Of a stretch of 64,000 nt of DNA, positions 1-13,611 are shown in pieces. The position numbers were made by a program, and so were the translations under genes. The DNA comes from Octopus sinensis (Eukaryota). Positions within the stretch are counted from its first letter, which is position 1. The number at the start of each line of letters is the position of its first letter. The stretch covers positions 178,932,001 through 178,996,000 of the forward strand of contig NC_042998.1 of assembly GCF_006345805.1 (NCBI RefSeq), in the 5' to 3' direction. The notes below the pieces were generated by a model that saw nothing but the letters and a program-made list of their open reading frames with translations, was not told where the DNA came from and searched no databases.

Positions 1-119
1 CATACTTCTCAACATCGTGATTCTTACCTGAGAGAGACAAGGTGGGGTTGTTAAGTGTATCAATAATGCTATATTCAAAAGCCTTAATAGAGTCTCACTC
101 CATTTGTTGGTTTGGTATA

Positions 120-500
120 TAGCAGTTGTCTTCTTGTGATCATGTCCTTGGAGACTGGTGTTGTTTTTTGTACTGACAATGTATTCCCAATTTAATCACC
201 AACATCAAGTAGAACTGGTTTACATTATCATCAGTAGCAGTTCCAGCTGCCTTCATAACCTAAACACCACTAGCTAACACATTGCTGTCACTTGATTGGC
301 TGGTCATTCTTTTTAGTGTATTTGAGGAAGACCTCTCTTTGTTGTGTTGCTCTCATCCATCAACCTCTTTTAATAGCACTTCTGTGCTTCTTTCAGCACC
401 ACTAAGAGTAAATCTCCCATTATATTTCTGTATACTCTTCTCCCGATTTTTTCTTGCCTACTGCCTTGCAATCCATAATAACTATTTGAATAAATATTTG
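120..500 (-). mobile_element. Highly degenerate LINE (EN-RT linker) remnant
   Basis: Minus-strand translation with stops resembles the linker preceding the RT domain; weak similarity only. Confidence 0.35.
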
Positions 501-539
501 GCAAAGGTGGAAACAGGCTTGTCACTCAAATAAATGCTA

Positions 540-2190
540 CAGGAAGCTAAAGAACCCTTCACATGGTCAGAGATTTAGGGACATCCTCATCAAGAAATTT
601 TGATGAGAAGGAGGAGGAGCTTCAGACATCGGACATAGAAGGTAGCAAAAGTTAGAATCAAAGAGTAAATGTAGCAATGACCAAAGTTATAGTAAGCAGA
701 AAGGCGAACTCAGCACAACACCCCCTCGGGCAGGTGGCCCTGCTCGATCTGTAGGAAAGGTGTAGGTAGAAACTCCATAAGATGCACCCAATGTAAGCTA
801 TGGACGCATAAGAGGTGCAGCAACATCAAAGGGAAATTAACTGATAAGATAGCTTTCATGTACGGCAGATGCACAGGGACAATAGACACCACAGACACTC
901 AGAAAACAGATTCCATCACACTCCAGGGGGAGAAACTAGAAGTAGTTGATAGTTTCCGCTACCTGGGTGACCAAGTTAGTAGTGGAGGTGGATGCTCAGA
1001 GAGTGTCACCACTAGAATACGAATAGCCTGGACAAAGTTCAGAAAGCTCCTACCCCTACTGGCGACAAAGGGTCTCTCGCTCAGAGTGAAAGGTATATTG
1101 TATGATGCATGTGTGTGAACTGCCATGCTTCACGGTAGTGAAACATGGGCTGTGACTGCAGAGGACATGCGTAGACTTGAAAGAAATGAAGCTAGCATGA
1201 TCCGCTGGATGTGTAATGTCAGTGTGCACGCACGACAGAGTGTAAGCACCCTGAGAGAAATGCTGGACATAAGAAGCATCAGATGTGGTGTGCAAGAGCG
1301 ACGCTTGCGATGGTATGGTCATGTACTGCGGATGGATGAGGAGAGATGTGTGAAGAAGTGCCACTCCCAAACAGTTGAAGGTATCAGGGGGAGAGGTAGA
1401 CCCAGGAAGACATGGGATGAGGTAGTCAAGCATGACCTCAGATCGTTGGGCCTCACTGAGGCAATGGTGAAGGACCGAGATCTCTGGAGATATGCTGTGA
1501 CTGCAAAGACCCGGGCTGCTTCCTGCACCAGTCCCACATAGCCCCTGCCCATTCAAAGTACTCTGGATTCCAGAACATCCCGCTGTGCTTGAGGAGACCT
1601 GTTGAGTCAAGTACATGAACATGAACATCGAAATAAATATCAATGGAAATAGTAGTTGTGATACCTGTGCTGGTGGCACATAAAAAGCACCATCCGAATG
1701 TGACCGTTGCCAGCCCCGCCTCGACTGGCTTCTGTGCCGGTAGCACATAAAAAGCACCATCCGAACGTGTCCGATGCCAGCGCCGCCCCGACTGGCTTCT
1801 GTGTTGGTGGCACATAAAAAGCACCGTCCGAACATGGCTGATGCCAGCGCTGCCTCAACTGGCTCCAGTACCGGTGGCACATAAAAAGCACCATCCGAAC
1901 GTGACCATTGCCAGCGCCGCCTTGGCTGGCTTCCGTGCCGGTGGCACGTTAAAAGCTCCAACCGATCGTGGCCGATGCCGGCCCCCCCCCCCCTGGCACC
2001 TGTGCAGGTGGCACGCAAAAAGCACCCACTACACTCGCGGAGTGGTTGGCGTTAGGAAGGGCATCCAGCTGTAGAAACACTGCCAGATCAGACTGGAGCC
2101 TGGTGCAGCCCCTGGCTTCTCAGACCCCGGTCAAACCGTCCAACCCGTGCTAGCGCGGAAAACGGACGTTAAACGATGATGATGATGATG
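540..2190 (+). mobile_element. 5'-truncated RTE-clade LINE: RT C-terminus plus 3' UTR and (GAT)n tail
   Basis: ORFs 858-1118 and 1125-1541 (LEVVDSFRYLGD, MLHGSETW, RLRWYGHVLRM, GRPRKTW) are typical RTE RT-thumb motifs; followed by a 67-bp tandem array and a conserved 3' end. Confidence 0.9.
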
Positions 2191-5100
2191 AAGATATAAT
2201 ACTCGATGATTGGTATAAAAGTATTATTGTCAACTGCATGATCTATATCTTCCTATATTACCTGTTTGAGTGACTAGCCTGTTCCCACCTTCAACAAATA
2301 TTTTAACCCATTAGCATTTAATCCTGCCATATCCAGCCCAAATATTCTCTGTTTTATGTTCAAACTGGCCAGATCCTGCCTTTCACATCTACCCTACAAT
2401 CTCATTTTGAAAATATACAATCACATCATTGAGATCTCTGTGCTACAAGGTGACAAATGATTAGTTGAAAACGATATGAATAAACATTACATTTAATAGA
2501 GTAATCCGAATGCCAAGAGGTTAAGCATCTCAACAGTTATGCCAAATAGATCAGCCCTATCAAGGACCTTCAGAATATCCATTTCATTGAAGGATGACCA
2601 CGGCACTGTGAGGATCCTATTTCAGTGGGGATAGGTTGGAAAATCCATTTCAGCTAATACCCGTTCACAACTTACTTTCCCATCTCTAATAATAATCCGT
2701 CTCATTTGCCCACCATAGCAAACCTTAGGATTATATCACCAAATAGTTTTTCTTTCTTAGAGTATAATATTGAATATTAAAATATCTTTCTAAACTATTC
2801 CTCAATTAAATGATGTTCATTTTTGTTGCTTTATTGATATTCATAAAAGTTGCACGAGTTTAATTAAAATTTTCATGTTTAAACTTATATCATTAAAAAG
2901 AGAGTAAATATACATTGATATGTGTGTGTGTGGCGTACTTGATATGTGATTGTTGTAAACAAGCATCTTTATCATACAAGTGATGTTGTTCATTTCCTAT
3001 CCTCCATGAAGATGTGTCCAGCCATAAGGAAATTTGACCTTGCTTGGAAATAGGTGAGGGATGGTACCAGGAGGGGCATCCAACCAGAGGAAATCCAATT
3101 AATTCATGCCAAACAAGTATGAAAAATTAGATGTTAGATAATTAATACACTTGTGCCAGTGACACGTAAAAAGCACTGTCCGAACGTGGCAGATGCCAGC
3201 ACCGCCTGATTGGCATCCGTGTTGGTGACACGTAAAAGCACCAACCGATCGTGGCTGTTTGCTAGCCTGCTCTGGCCCCTGTGCCAGTGGCACGTAAAAA
3301 ACACCCGCTACACTCATGGAGTGGTTGGCATTAGGAAGGGCATCCAGCTGTAGAAACTGCCAAATCAGACTAGAGCCTGGTGCAGCCTTCATGGCTTACC
3401 AGACCCCAGTCGAACCGTCCAGCTCATGCTAGCATGGAAAATGGACGTTAAATGATGATGATATGAAATTGTTTATCAAAACATTTTGAAGATCAAATTT
3501 GAGAGGCTTCTTTACTCAACATAATTTCTGGACTTCTCATGCAAGGTTCTCTACAGATTCAAATTTCTTACTGGATTTTCTTGGCAGCAGAGTAAATTTT
3601 CCAAACTATATGTGATTCTAGATTGAGAGCATGACTGTGTGGTTGAGAAGTTTACTTCCTTAACCTGTGGTTTCAGGTTCATTCCCACATTGTGACACCT
3701 TGAGCAGGTGTCCTCTGCTATAGCCCGGTGAGTAGTAGAGAAAAACTGAAAGAAGCCTATTGTTATCATTTAATATTCCTGTTCCATTCTGGTATAGATT
3801 AGATGATTTGACAGGATCAAGAACTGCATTGTACTTGAATGTCTGCTTTAGATGGCTGGATGCCCTTCCTTACATCATGTACTGGGTGCTGATTTTTAAG
3901 ACACCATATATTGTACATATGTATATGTTTGTTTGTGCCTCCATGTCTTGACATGATACTTGTAAATGTATGTCACTGTCATACAAGCAGTGTTATCTGT
4001 TTCCACGAGTGTGATCATTGACAGAGCGGCTAACAGGCTTCCGTGCCACTTAAAAGGCACCATTCGAGCGTAATCATTACCAGCGTCGCCTTACTGGCAC
4101 TCGAGCCACGTGCTAGTAGGGTGTTAAGCGCATCATCCGAGCATGATCGTTGCCAGAGCGGTTATCTGGCCTCCGTGACGGTGGCACGTAAAAGACACCA
4201 TTTTAGCGTCATCGTTACCAGCATCGCCTTACTGGCACCTGTGCCGGTGGCATGTGTAAAAGATTCGAGCGAGGTCATTGCCAGTACCGCCTGACTGGCC
4301 CCGTGCTGGTGTCACGTAAAAGCACCCACTACACTCTCGGAGTGGTTGGCGTTAGGAAGGGCATCCAGCTGTAGAAACTCTGCCAGATCAAGATTGAAGC
4401 CTGGTGCGGCCATCCAGTTCGCCAGCCCTCAGTCAATCGTCCAACCCATGCTAGCATGGAAAGCGGACGTTAAACGACGATGATGATGATGATGACGACT
4501 TACCCATAAATACGTGTTTGGTCATGGGGAAACATTACATTGCTAAGAAACAAGTGAGGGCTGGTCATTGCAAAATCATCTATCTCAAAGAATTTTTCAA
4601 CCCATGCAAGCATGGATAATTGGATGTTAAAATTTAAAATACCCAGAGTTGTAGATTTATCATTGTTTTATATTTTTGTTTATCCAAAATTAAGATAAAA
4701 ACTCCTGTTTGCTTTCTAAAAGAAAACATTTTTTTACGCTTATAAAGAGCAATGTTGTTATATTATTGTGAGAGATGGGAATGAAAAGGATATTGAAAGC
4801 TGGAGAGAAATAAGTTGAGCATTGAATATGTAATGTCAGTATGCGTGAATGACAATAAATGTGAGCTAAGAAAGAAAATGGTCTTAACTCGAATCAATGA
4901 TAGTGTGAAAGAAAAGGATGATATTTAAGTGAAGATGAACCAAACAACCAAAGTAGAAGAAGCCTGCAGAACAAACTTCTTCATAATTTGTTTTATGAGA
5001 AAAATATTGTAAATTATTTTCAATTCGACTATTTTGTTATTGTAACATTGCAATTGGAGCAGTATCATACTATAAAGCATTCCTATTCAATAATGGTGAA

Positions 5101-6517
5101 TAAAACATTTTCAGCCTGTTCCCTCTTTTTTGTTTGTTATATTTTGGTTCTGATTATTCTTGTGCATCTTAAATCAGTTCCTCCAAATAAATATTAAAAG
5201 ATAACTGTACATAAACTTTAAAAAACTAACACAAAAATCAGTAATATTACACTTTCTTGTGTTAATCATGAGCTCATCAGCATTTTACGTTTTTTCATGT
5301 TGGCATAGGTTGGTCAGTTTGTCATAGTTTGGCTCTTTATTGGGAGTCACTGTTTCTATAAACTGATGCTTGTCTTATTTGGCTTGATGCCCCTCTTATC
5401 ACCAATCACTTTACAGAGTCTACTGGGTGCATTTTCTCATGGTACCAACACTAGAGAGTTTAACTAAAAGGGTCTAAGAATTCTGCTCATTTGGTAACAT
5501 ATTTTCTTGTATATTATCCCTACCCTATAAATTCTGTGCATTCAATCAAAATGTGTAATTAAGTCTAAATTTATAACCCAACACTGCATGTGTAGGATGG
5601 TTATACAGCAGTTAAAAAAAACAAACCTGTTATCATGTAACCAGTTTAAAATGGGTGGAATTCAAAAGGTCAGATTGACTAAATAAAGTTTATTTGTATA
5701 GTTAGTGTTAACATAATAGAAATAATTACACAGTAAGGAAAAGTTTGTTAATGATTAGATGCAAGTGTAGCTATGTGGTTCAATAACAAAAGGTAACTAA
5801 AAAGTACATTTTGATAAAAAAAAAAAAAATTGGAATCTAGATAAATTTTGTAGCCAGTGTAGACTTTACTTGCTTTCTTCTAGTAAAAGTTACACAATCC
5901 AAACTAATTAATAAACAGCTTCCTTTACTGTAGTGCAGAAGACATCTAATGTGCTTAATCCATAAGCTGAACATATGCTGTCATAATGGGTCTGGCAAAA
6001 AAAAATGTTGAAGTCCTGCAAGTGTGGAAAAGTTAACATTAAAAACGATATTGATGATATATATTTTTACAAAAGTATGTCCCATAACTATTAGAAAAGA
6101 CTAGTTAAAGAAAACAAACACTAATGGAAATTTCTCAAAATAATTTATTAAAAGGTTAGTTTACTTCAACTACCTGAATCTGTTGGTGTTACTCTCGGAG
6201 ACGGGATGAAAGTAGTGAAGTGCATCAGTTTTATATGCATAGAGTATGTCTTTAAATGTAATAAAAATACTCAATACAAGTAGAGTATATTCATTTAAAG
6301 CAGATATTTCATTCTTTCATTAATTTCAAGTCCTTGCTCAAATAAATGTAGGGAAACTTAGCCATAGTTCAGCTTCAGATGAAAACATATACATATACAC
6401 ATAAGTGATATAGTTAATGTAAGTTTTTGTTTCCAAAGGGTAAAAAAGCTGGATCACTGTATCTTTTGAGTTAAAGAGCAAAATATATAATAAATTTGAT
6501 CCATTAAAATATATTAT

Positions 6518-6881
6518 CTATGGGAAAAACAAGGGCTTTTTGACATCAAATTTTGTAGTGCTTCTATCTTGATATATTTCATAAGGATCATCTGGAAAAT
6601 ATCTTTTCTTCAGCCAGTGACGAGAAACCATTCTCTCTAATTTCTTAGATTGAGTCTTGTTGCAAAAAACTGTTTCTTGGAGCCTGAAAACACGTCTACT
6701 ATTTTTAGCCCAACGTTTATTACTTCGACCAGATCTTGCTCTAATCCAAAGTCCAGATCTCAAGCGATAAAATCGACTTACTACAGCTGAACTAGATTTT
6801 GGTCTTCCTTTTTTATAGCTACAAACTATTTTATTTCGAACGCTTGTGACATTAGGTGTCTGCGGAGCACTCAGTAGTTTT
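6518..6881 (-). CDS. MRPL35: MRPL35 coding exon 3 (L35 domain, stop)
   Basis: Acceptor ttttatcttcttcCAG|; contains the ORF-track peptide 6518..6763, extended upstream in frame; ends with TAG. Confidence 0.95.
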
Positions 6882-9376
6882 CTGGAAGAAGATAAAAAAG
6901 ATGATGAATGGATATTTAAAAATATAGGTCTCTTACTTACATTTTTAAAAATTGTTTTCCTGAAGGAAATAATAGTTTCTTATGACAATACAACAAAGTT
7001 TGTTTTCTTGTTATAGGCAAGAATAGTATCAATTTAAATATATTTACTATAAGTATTTGCGAACACCAAAAGCTGAAAAGTGAAAGTAACCTTGGAGCAA
7101 TTTGAACTGAGAGAATGTGTCACTGAATTAGTTACAAAACCGCCATTCTTATGAATCATCATTTAATGTTTGTTTTCCATTCTGGCATGGATTGGATGGT
7201 TCGACAGGAGCCAGCCAGGTGAAGAGCTGCCCAGGTTCTATGTCTGTTTTGGCATGGTTTCTACAGCTAGGTGCTCTTCATAACACCAACTACTTTACAC
7301 AGTGTACTGGGTGCTTTTATGCAGTACCAGCAGAGGTGTATTTACGTGGAACCAGCACCCATGAGTCGCAAGATTAGGATCACTCAGCTGAAGAGGGACG
7401 CAAGGCTCAAGCCTGTATTCAAGGCAACCACACTTTTATTTAGCTTTATGTGTTTTCTCAAGCACAGCAAACCACCAGGAATCTTGGTCCCCTATCATTC
7501 CCTGTGAATCCCAAAGTCAGTAGATCCTTTCTCACCACTTCATTCCACACCTGCCTGGGTCTACTCCTTCCACATGTTCCCTCTACAGTCAGAGACTGGT
7601 ACCTTTTGATGCAACTGTCTTCATTCATATGCATTACATGGCCATACCAGTAGTCTTCTTTCTTGCACACTACACTAAATCACTTACATTATGTCGTATA
7701 TGCACACTGATATTACCCAACCAGTGGAGCATACTGGCTTCATTTCTTTCAAGCCTTCTCATATCCCCAATAGTCACAACCTATGTCTTACTGCCATGTA
7801 GCATAACTGTTTGTAGAACTGTGTTTCACTCTGAGGGAGAGGCCCTTCGTTATTAGCAGATATCATAGCGCTCTGAACTTTGCCCAGCCTATTCTTATTC
7901 TAGCAGCTAAGCTTTCAAACAACATCCCCCACTACTAACTTGGTCACCTATGTAATGGAAACTGTCTACTGCTTCTATGGATCCCCACTTGATATTTGAA
8001 TGAGTCTATTTTTTATTCATTCTTGGTGTTTAATGCACTTGTACATCTCTTAGTCTTCCAGTAATTCTGCTGCACCTCGTATGTATCCACAGCTTGCACC
8101 AAGTACACCGTATGGAGTGTCTCCCAACACCTTTTCAATATATCGAGCAGGGCCATCTCCCTGAAAGGATCTGTGATTTGTCTGGTTCAATGTAATCCAG
8201 TCAGAATTATTCATCACCTAGGCAAGGTCATGGCTGTGTGTTTAAGAAGTTTGCTTCATAACCACGATTTCAGGTTCAGTCCCACTGTGTGACACCTTGT
8301 GAAAGTGTCTTCTAGTAGAGTGTCCAAATCCTTATGAGTGAATAATTTGGAATGCAGAAATGGAAAAAAAAATCCTGGTGTATATGTGCGTTGAAAATCT
8401 AGTTGCTAGAATACAAATTAGCTGGAGAAAGTTTAGAGAATTTTTACCTCTGTTGGTAACAAAAGGCTTCTATCTCAGAAGGAAAAGCAGATTGTATGAT
8501 GCTTGTGAATTAACATGACTGTTAAAATTGGGCTATGAATGCAGAGAATATGCAAAGACTTGAAAGAAATGAGACATGTATGCTCTGATGGATGTGCGAT
8601 GTCAGTGTGCATATAAGACTAAGTACAAATGTATTTGGAGAAAAATTAGGTATAAGAGACACTGGATATGGTGTGCAGGAGAGAAGATTGAGCTGGTAAG
8701 TGGATAGATAAGGGCAGCTGTATAAAGAAGTGCTGATAGCTAAACATGGAAGGAACATGTGGAAGAGGTAGACCTAGGAAAATGTGGAATGAACTGGTGA
8801 AGACTGACGTCACAATGTTGAACCTCTAAGAGAAGAGGACAGAGATGAATGGCGTTACAGAGAAGATCCATCCATCTCAGCAAAATTGAGGCTCTTTCAA
8901 GCATTCCTCCACAATTCATCTATTTTCTTCACTTTCTGCTAGTGAACTGATATCTTCTGAGTTCAACTCATTCCTTATCTCTAATCATCTGTCACACTAT
9001 TTTCATTTAGTGCAATTCCTATTCTGTCTCATATTCATATTGTACCTGGATCCCAAATCTCTTTCTTCTCTCTTTCTCCCCCTCACTTTCCAGGTGGACA
9101 AGTCACATATTTACCTCTTCAGCAAGTCACCTGCTCCTCTCCCTCTATCATAATTTCTTTCCCCAGTCTATACCTTGTCCACCCTGCAGGGTGGTTGGTG
9201 TTCAGAAGAGCATCCAGCTGTAGAAACCATGTCAAAGCAGACATAGAGCCTGGCAGAGACCCCTGGCTCATCTGTTCTTGTCGAACTGTCCAACCCATGT
9301 CAGCATGGAAAAAGGAATGTTAAGTGATGATGATACACACACAAACAAAACGTGTGTGTGTGTGTGTGTACATATA

Positions 9377-9422
<46 letters not shown>

Positions 9423-12400
9423 TATACATATATACATACATGGAGTTTGTTGAGGCAGGTCTTCTATGCCCAGATGCCCTCCCTGTTGCAAAAGTTCACC
9501 AGTTTACGAGTAAGGTGATATTTCTCCATGGTCAGGCTATGGTTCCATGGGATGTTGGAAACAAAGAACACAGTTTCTATGACAATATTTTTTGTATGTG
9601 TTAGAAAACAAAGACTCGCAAATGAGAAATGTTTGCCATGTGCAAATGTTTCCTATCTGCATGGCTGTGTAGTTTAAAAGCATCCTTTGCAACCACATAA
9701 TGGACAGTATCTTGGATGTTTTCAACTAAAGCCCCATTCTGACCAATGCCTTGTGAGTGAAGAGAAATGGAAACTATATGGAAGTCTGTTGTACATATAT
9801 GAAATTTTTTGTGTCTTTGCGCTTGTCTCTTACCACCACTTAAAAACCAGTGTTGGTTTGTTTACATCAACATAACTAAGTGGTCTGAGAAAAGAGACTT
9901 TTAAAATAAGGACCAGATTTTAAAATAGCTACTCGAGCCAATTTGACTGAACCCTTCAAGGAGGTACCCCAGCATGGCTGCAATCTGATGAGTGAAACAA
10001 GTAAAAGATAACACCTTAACCATATATATAAGCAATAAAAACAACTGAAGTTGATTTAGTACATCAAAAAGTATGTAAACCATGAAAATAATTGGAATTC
10101 ATTCTAATTCCTTAAACCATTTATCTGTTGAACCATTCAGCTGTGTCAAAGCAACCTCTTATTTTTTATTTATTAATCAAAATGGCCCTGCTTCACAAAA
10201 TAATCCCCCCAAAAAACTACAGATGCAATATAAACATTTAGAGATATGACATACTTACTGATTTAATCCATTGCAGCCTATATATCTGTGGATTTGTGTT
10301 GGTTGGCAGACAGAGACAAATGATCTGAGAGGCATAAGTGATTTTTGGTTGTTGAATCGATGCAAAAGTAGTGGTTTTGATGACACAGAAGAAATTATGC
10401 TTGGTAAAGATGCAGGTGAATACACAGATTTTGCCACATATTGAGTAGCAGCAGATAAAACTAAAAATAAAAAAAAAAGTAATGATTAAAAATAAAATAT
10501 ATTTAATGCAAATAGCATATTGTTTAGTAGATAACTTGTAAGTCATGACAATCCGGCAATTACAAATATTTTGTTCATAGTGATAAAGTCTTTTGCATGT
10601 CACCTCATTTTTTGTGTAAAAATATTCGAGCGAGGTCATTGCCAGTACCGCCTGACTGGCCCCCGTGCTGGTGGCACGTAAAAAGCACCCACTACACTCT
10701 CGGAGTGGTTGGCGTTAGGAAGGGCATCCATCTGTAGAAACTCTGCCAGATCGAGATTGGAGCCTGGTGCAGCCATCTGGTTTACCAGCCCTCAGTCAAA
10801 ATCGTCCAACCCATGCTAGCATGGAAAGCGAACGTTAAACGATGATGATGAACAATGATCCAATTTCAGAATTCCAATTGTTGCCTATATATATTTAGAT
10901 TATTAGTGCTGATATTTGGGTATCATCTTTATCTCATTGGGCAAAATGCTTAGCAGCATTTTATCTTTCCTTATGTTCTGAGTTCAAATTCCACCAAGGT
11001 CGGGTTTGCCTTTCATTCTTTTGGGGTTAATAAAATAAGTACCAGTTGAGACCATGGAATTGATGTAATCAACTTACTCCCTCCCTGAAACTGCTGGCCT
11101 TGTGCTAAAATTTGATACTGATATTTGGATGTTATCTGCAAGAAAGTCTTACTGAGAGGAGGTAATTACTTCAGGAAAGACATTTATTTATAAGACAAAT
11201 ATCATGAGTGATAACACATGTTACTCTGCATAGTACAAGGGTAACTGTTGATTTACCCATAACATTCTGCCACTTAACTAAGTGTCCCTCTATACTAATT
11301 TTGTATTGCTGATTCTGTAGTGCTTACAGTGGCCAAAACTTTTGCAGATATCAAAACCTATTTACATCTATGCCGACTTTCATCCAAAGTTTTATTTGTT
11401 AGTTCTTATAATGCTGTTAAATGTTGAGATTCACACAAATGTCAGCTGCTAGTTATTACTAACAGGCAAAAACCAAACAAAGACGGTTTTGAACTGAGAA
11501 TTGTGAGACACCAGTCTAGATCCAAGAAAGTATTAAGTCCTGCATTTTACTATCACGTGCATCATGGCTGTGTGGTTAAGAAGTTTGCTTTGCAACCATG
11601 TGCTTTTGGGTTTTCCTTTAGTGCACTTCCTATTCTGTCTCATATTAACATTGTATCAGGACCCCATATCTCTTTCTCCCCCTCACTTTTCAGGTGGACA
11701 AGTTATATATTTACCTCTTCAGTGACACCCTGGGGCAAATGTATTCTTGGTCAACATGGTCTCCCAATCTACTAGAAATAGCATCCAAATCTCCCCGAAC
11801 AATATTTAACCATTTTAAAAAGTGACGCAGAAGGTACGCTATGTCTGCAAAACAAGGAATGTATATATCATAATCATCATTTAACGTCCATTGTCCATGC
11901 TGGCATGGGTTGGACAGTCTGAGATAGAGCTAGCATGCTGCACCAGATGCCAGTCTGATTTGGCATGGTTTTCTATGGCTGGATGCCCTTCCTAATGCCA
12001 ACCACTCTGAGAGTGTAATGGTTGCTTTTATGTGCCACCAGCACGTGCGCAATTTGCCTAACACAGGGGTGTGTTTACATGCCACTGGCATCTGCCATGA
12101 CTGAGATTTTGCTTGATGGGTCTTCTTCTCAAGCACAACAATGCCAAAGGTATCGTTTCCCATTCAAACTGCTTCAGCCTTTGGAGTGTCATCCTCGCTG
12201 TATGTGGCCAAACATTATCCTGATGGAAGAATACCTTTCATCTTGAAACCAAAGAAAGTTGTTTTTCTTCTAGCACTGACTTAAGCTGCTCACAGTAGAT
12301 TTCCTTTATTATCGTATGGTTTGGGTTTAAAAGTTGAAAGAGGACTAAGCCTTTCATGTCACACCAAACCTTATGTAGGTGAAGACCTTCTTTAGCCTGG

Positions 12401-13611
12401 GGTGCCAGTGTTTCTCCTTTCCCTACCCACTGTCTTTGGCACTTGACATTTTTATAGAGAACCCATTTCTCGTCACCTATCACTATTCAGTCCAAAAAGG
12501 TTCATTCGTGAGAAGAGCAAAGATTCACTCACTGCGTGAGATTAGACATGAAAAGTTTGTGAGGAACCCATTGACTCAATTTGCTGACTTTTCCAATGGC
12601 ACACAGGTGTCGATGAATGATTGAATGACCAAATCCAAACTTCTCTGCTACTTCCTCAGCAGTTACGATGGGATCTTGTTCCAGCAGGGTTTGCAGGACG
12701 TGCTCGTCGAGCCCTACAGATCTTCTGGGAAGAGGCTCGTCGTCTAGGCTGTAGTTTCCGACTCGGAATTTCTGGAACCACCCTTGACACTGGCTTAAGC
12801 TTATGATCCGATCCCCATATACTGCGTTAATGTTCCTCGTACTTTCCGTTGCCTTTATTGAACTCATAAAGCAAAATATGCTCCTTTGTCACTTCCATTA
12901 TAGCGTTAAAAAAAACAAAAAAAAAAAACTGATAAAATCGAACTGCACTCTTCTAAACTTACCCTAAAAATAAGTCCAAGGTAAAATTACTACCTGCTTT
13001 TATAGCAAGTTGATGCAGGTAGTTTATCCTGTCCCCCTCCAACTTTTAGTTCAAGCAATTGAAAAAAGACGTATTATTTATGAGATGACCCAACATATAA
13101 AAGACAGGTACATCAGGCTAGATTACCACTGAGCACAGCCAGCTTGGGATTTAAAGAACATAGGGATGAAACAAGGACGTTTAAATAGCTTGTTTTGTGC
13201 TATATAAATTTTAGAAACATTCTACCTTTGAGTCACAACAAAACTGTGATCTATAGTTTATGCTTCGTGATTTTATTTCACATTCTTATTGAACTTCAGG
13301 AATTACTACTGTTGTGTAAACCTAAAAGAACAGACATAACCAACGAAGCTGCTTTGTATATGTGTGTAATAGCAACTATTTACTACACTGTTAACTTTGA
13401 TCTTTATATAATGACATCTAGCATAATTGCATTAACGAACTGGTTGATTGCAATACATATTTAGAGTGTCGACAGTATAAAAAGCATTGTTCGTACTCTA
13501 TCGTATCAGTCTGTTTGAGTGACAACAATTTAAAACAGAAATAAGAAATGTCCACCAAAAGAATTCCCAATAAAAAGACTCACCTTTGATGCCCTGCCGT
13601 AGACAAGCCAT
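6518..13611 (-). CDS. MRPL35: Mitochondrial ribosomal protein L35 (bL35m), 3 coding exons: 13611-13584, 10460-10259, 6881-6518; 594 nt, 197 aa
   Basis: The spliced ORF reads MACLRQGIKVLSAATQYVAKS...VRNKIVCSYKKGRPKSSSAVVSRFYRLRSGLWIRARSGRSNKRWAK...VFCNKTQSKKLERMVSRHWLKKRYFPDDPYEIYQDR. The FCNKTQSK and DDPY motifs and the basic core match metazoan MRPL35. Both introns are GT-AG with matching phases (1, 2). Confidence 0.95.
7400..8200 (-). mobile_element. Degenerate RTE LINE fragment (RT C-terminus)
   Basis: ORF 7458..7670 (WYGHVMHMNEDSCIKR...RPRQVWNEVV) is homologous to 1125-1541. Confidence 0.85.
8370..8870 (+). mobile_element. Degenerate RTE LINE fragment, inverted relative to 7400-8200
   Basis: Same RT C-terminal sequence family (gaaagaaatga, gtagacctaggaa). 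Confidence 0.75.
10259..10460 (-). CDS. MRPL35: MRPL35 coding exon 2 (presequence-like region)
   Basis: Acceptor ttttattttTAG|, donor CA|GTAAGT; S/L/R-rich, acid-poor peptide; phases 1 and 2 fit the flanking exons. Confidence 0.9.
12150..13096 (-). mobile_element. Decayed mariner transposon (3' end lost) in MRPL35 intron 1
   Basis: ORF 12529..12867 has an HTH and WVPHKL; ORF 12238..12483 has GDEKWVLYKN; HQDNVWPH near 12200; one TIR-like end near 13065-13096. Confidence 0.88.
13584..13611 (-). CDS. MRPL35: MRPL35 coding exon 1 (MACLRQGIK + G)
   Basis: ATG at 13611-13609; donor AAAG|GTGAGT; phase 1 matches the exon 2 acceptor. Confidence 0.85.

Noticed and set aside
1666-2030. Regular repeat-spacer look reminiscent of a CRISPR array
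   Set aside because: The variable parts are homologous to each other (minisatellite units), the context is a eukaryotic LINE, and no cas genes are present.
1056-2074. 320-aa and other ORFs with repeated DGAFYVPPA-like peptides; similar ORFs at 22553, 27788, 32925, 40718 and 56409
   Set aside because: Antisense or alternative-frame readings of the RTE 3' UTR tandem array, not genes.
5235-5290. Minus-strand CTGATGA...GAAA motif
   Set aside because: Stem II does not pair, and the would-be cleavage position is G.
9985-10005. CTGATGAGTGAAAC hammerhead-like string
   Set aside because: No room for stem II; it is a mutated SINE 3' end (other copies read aaatgactgaaac).
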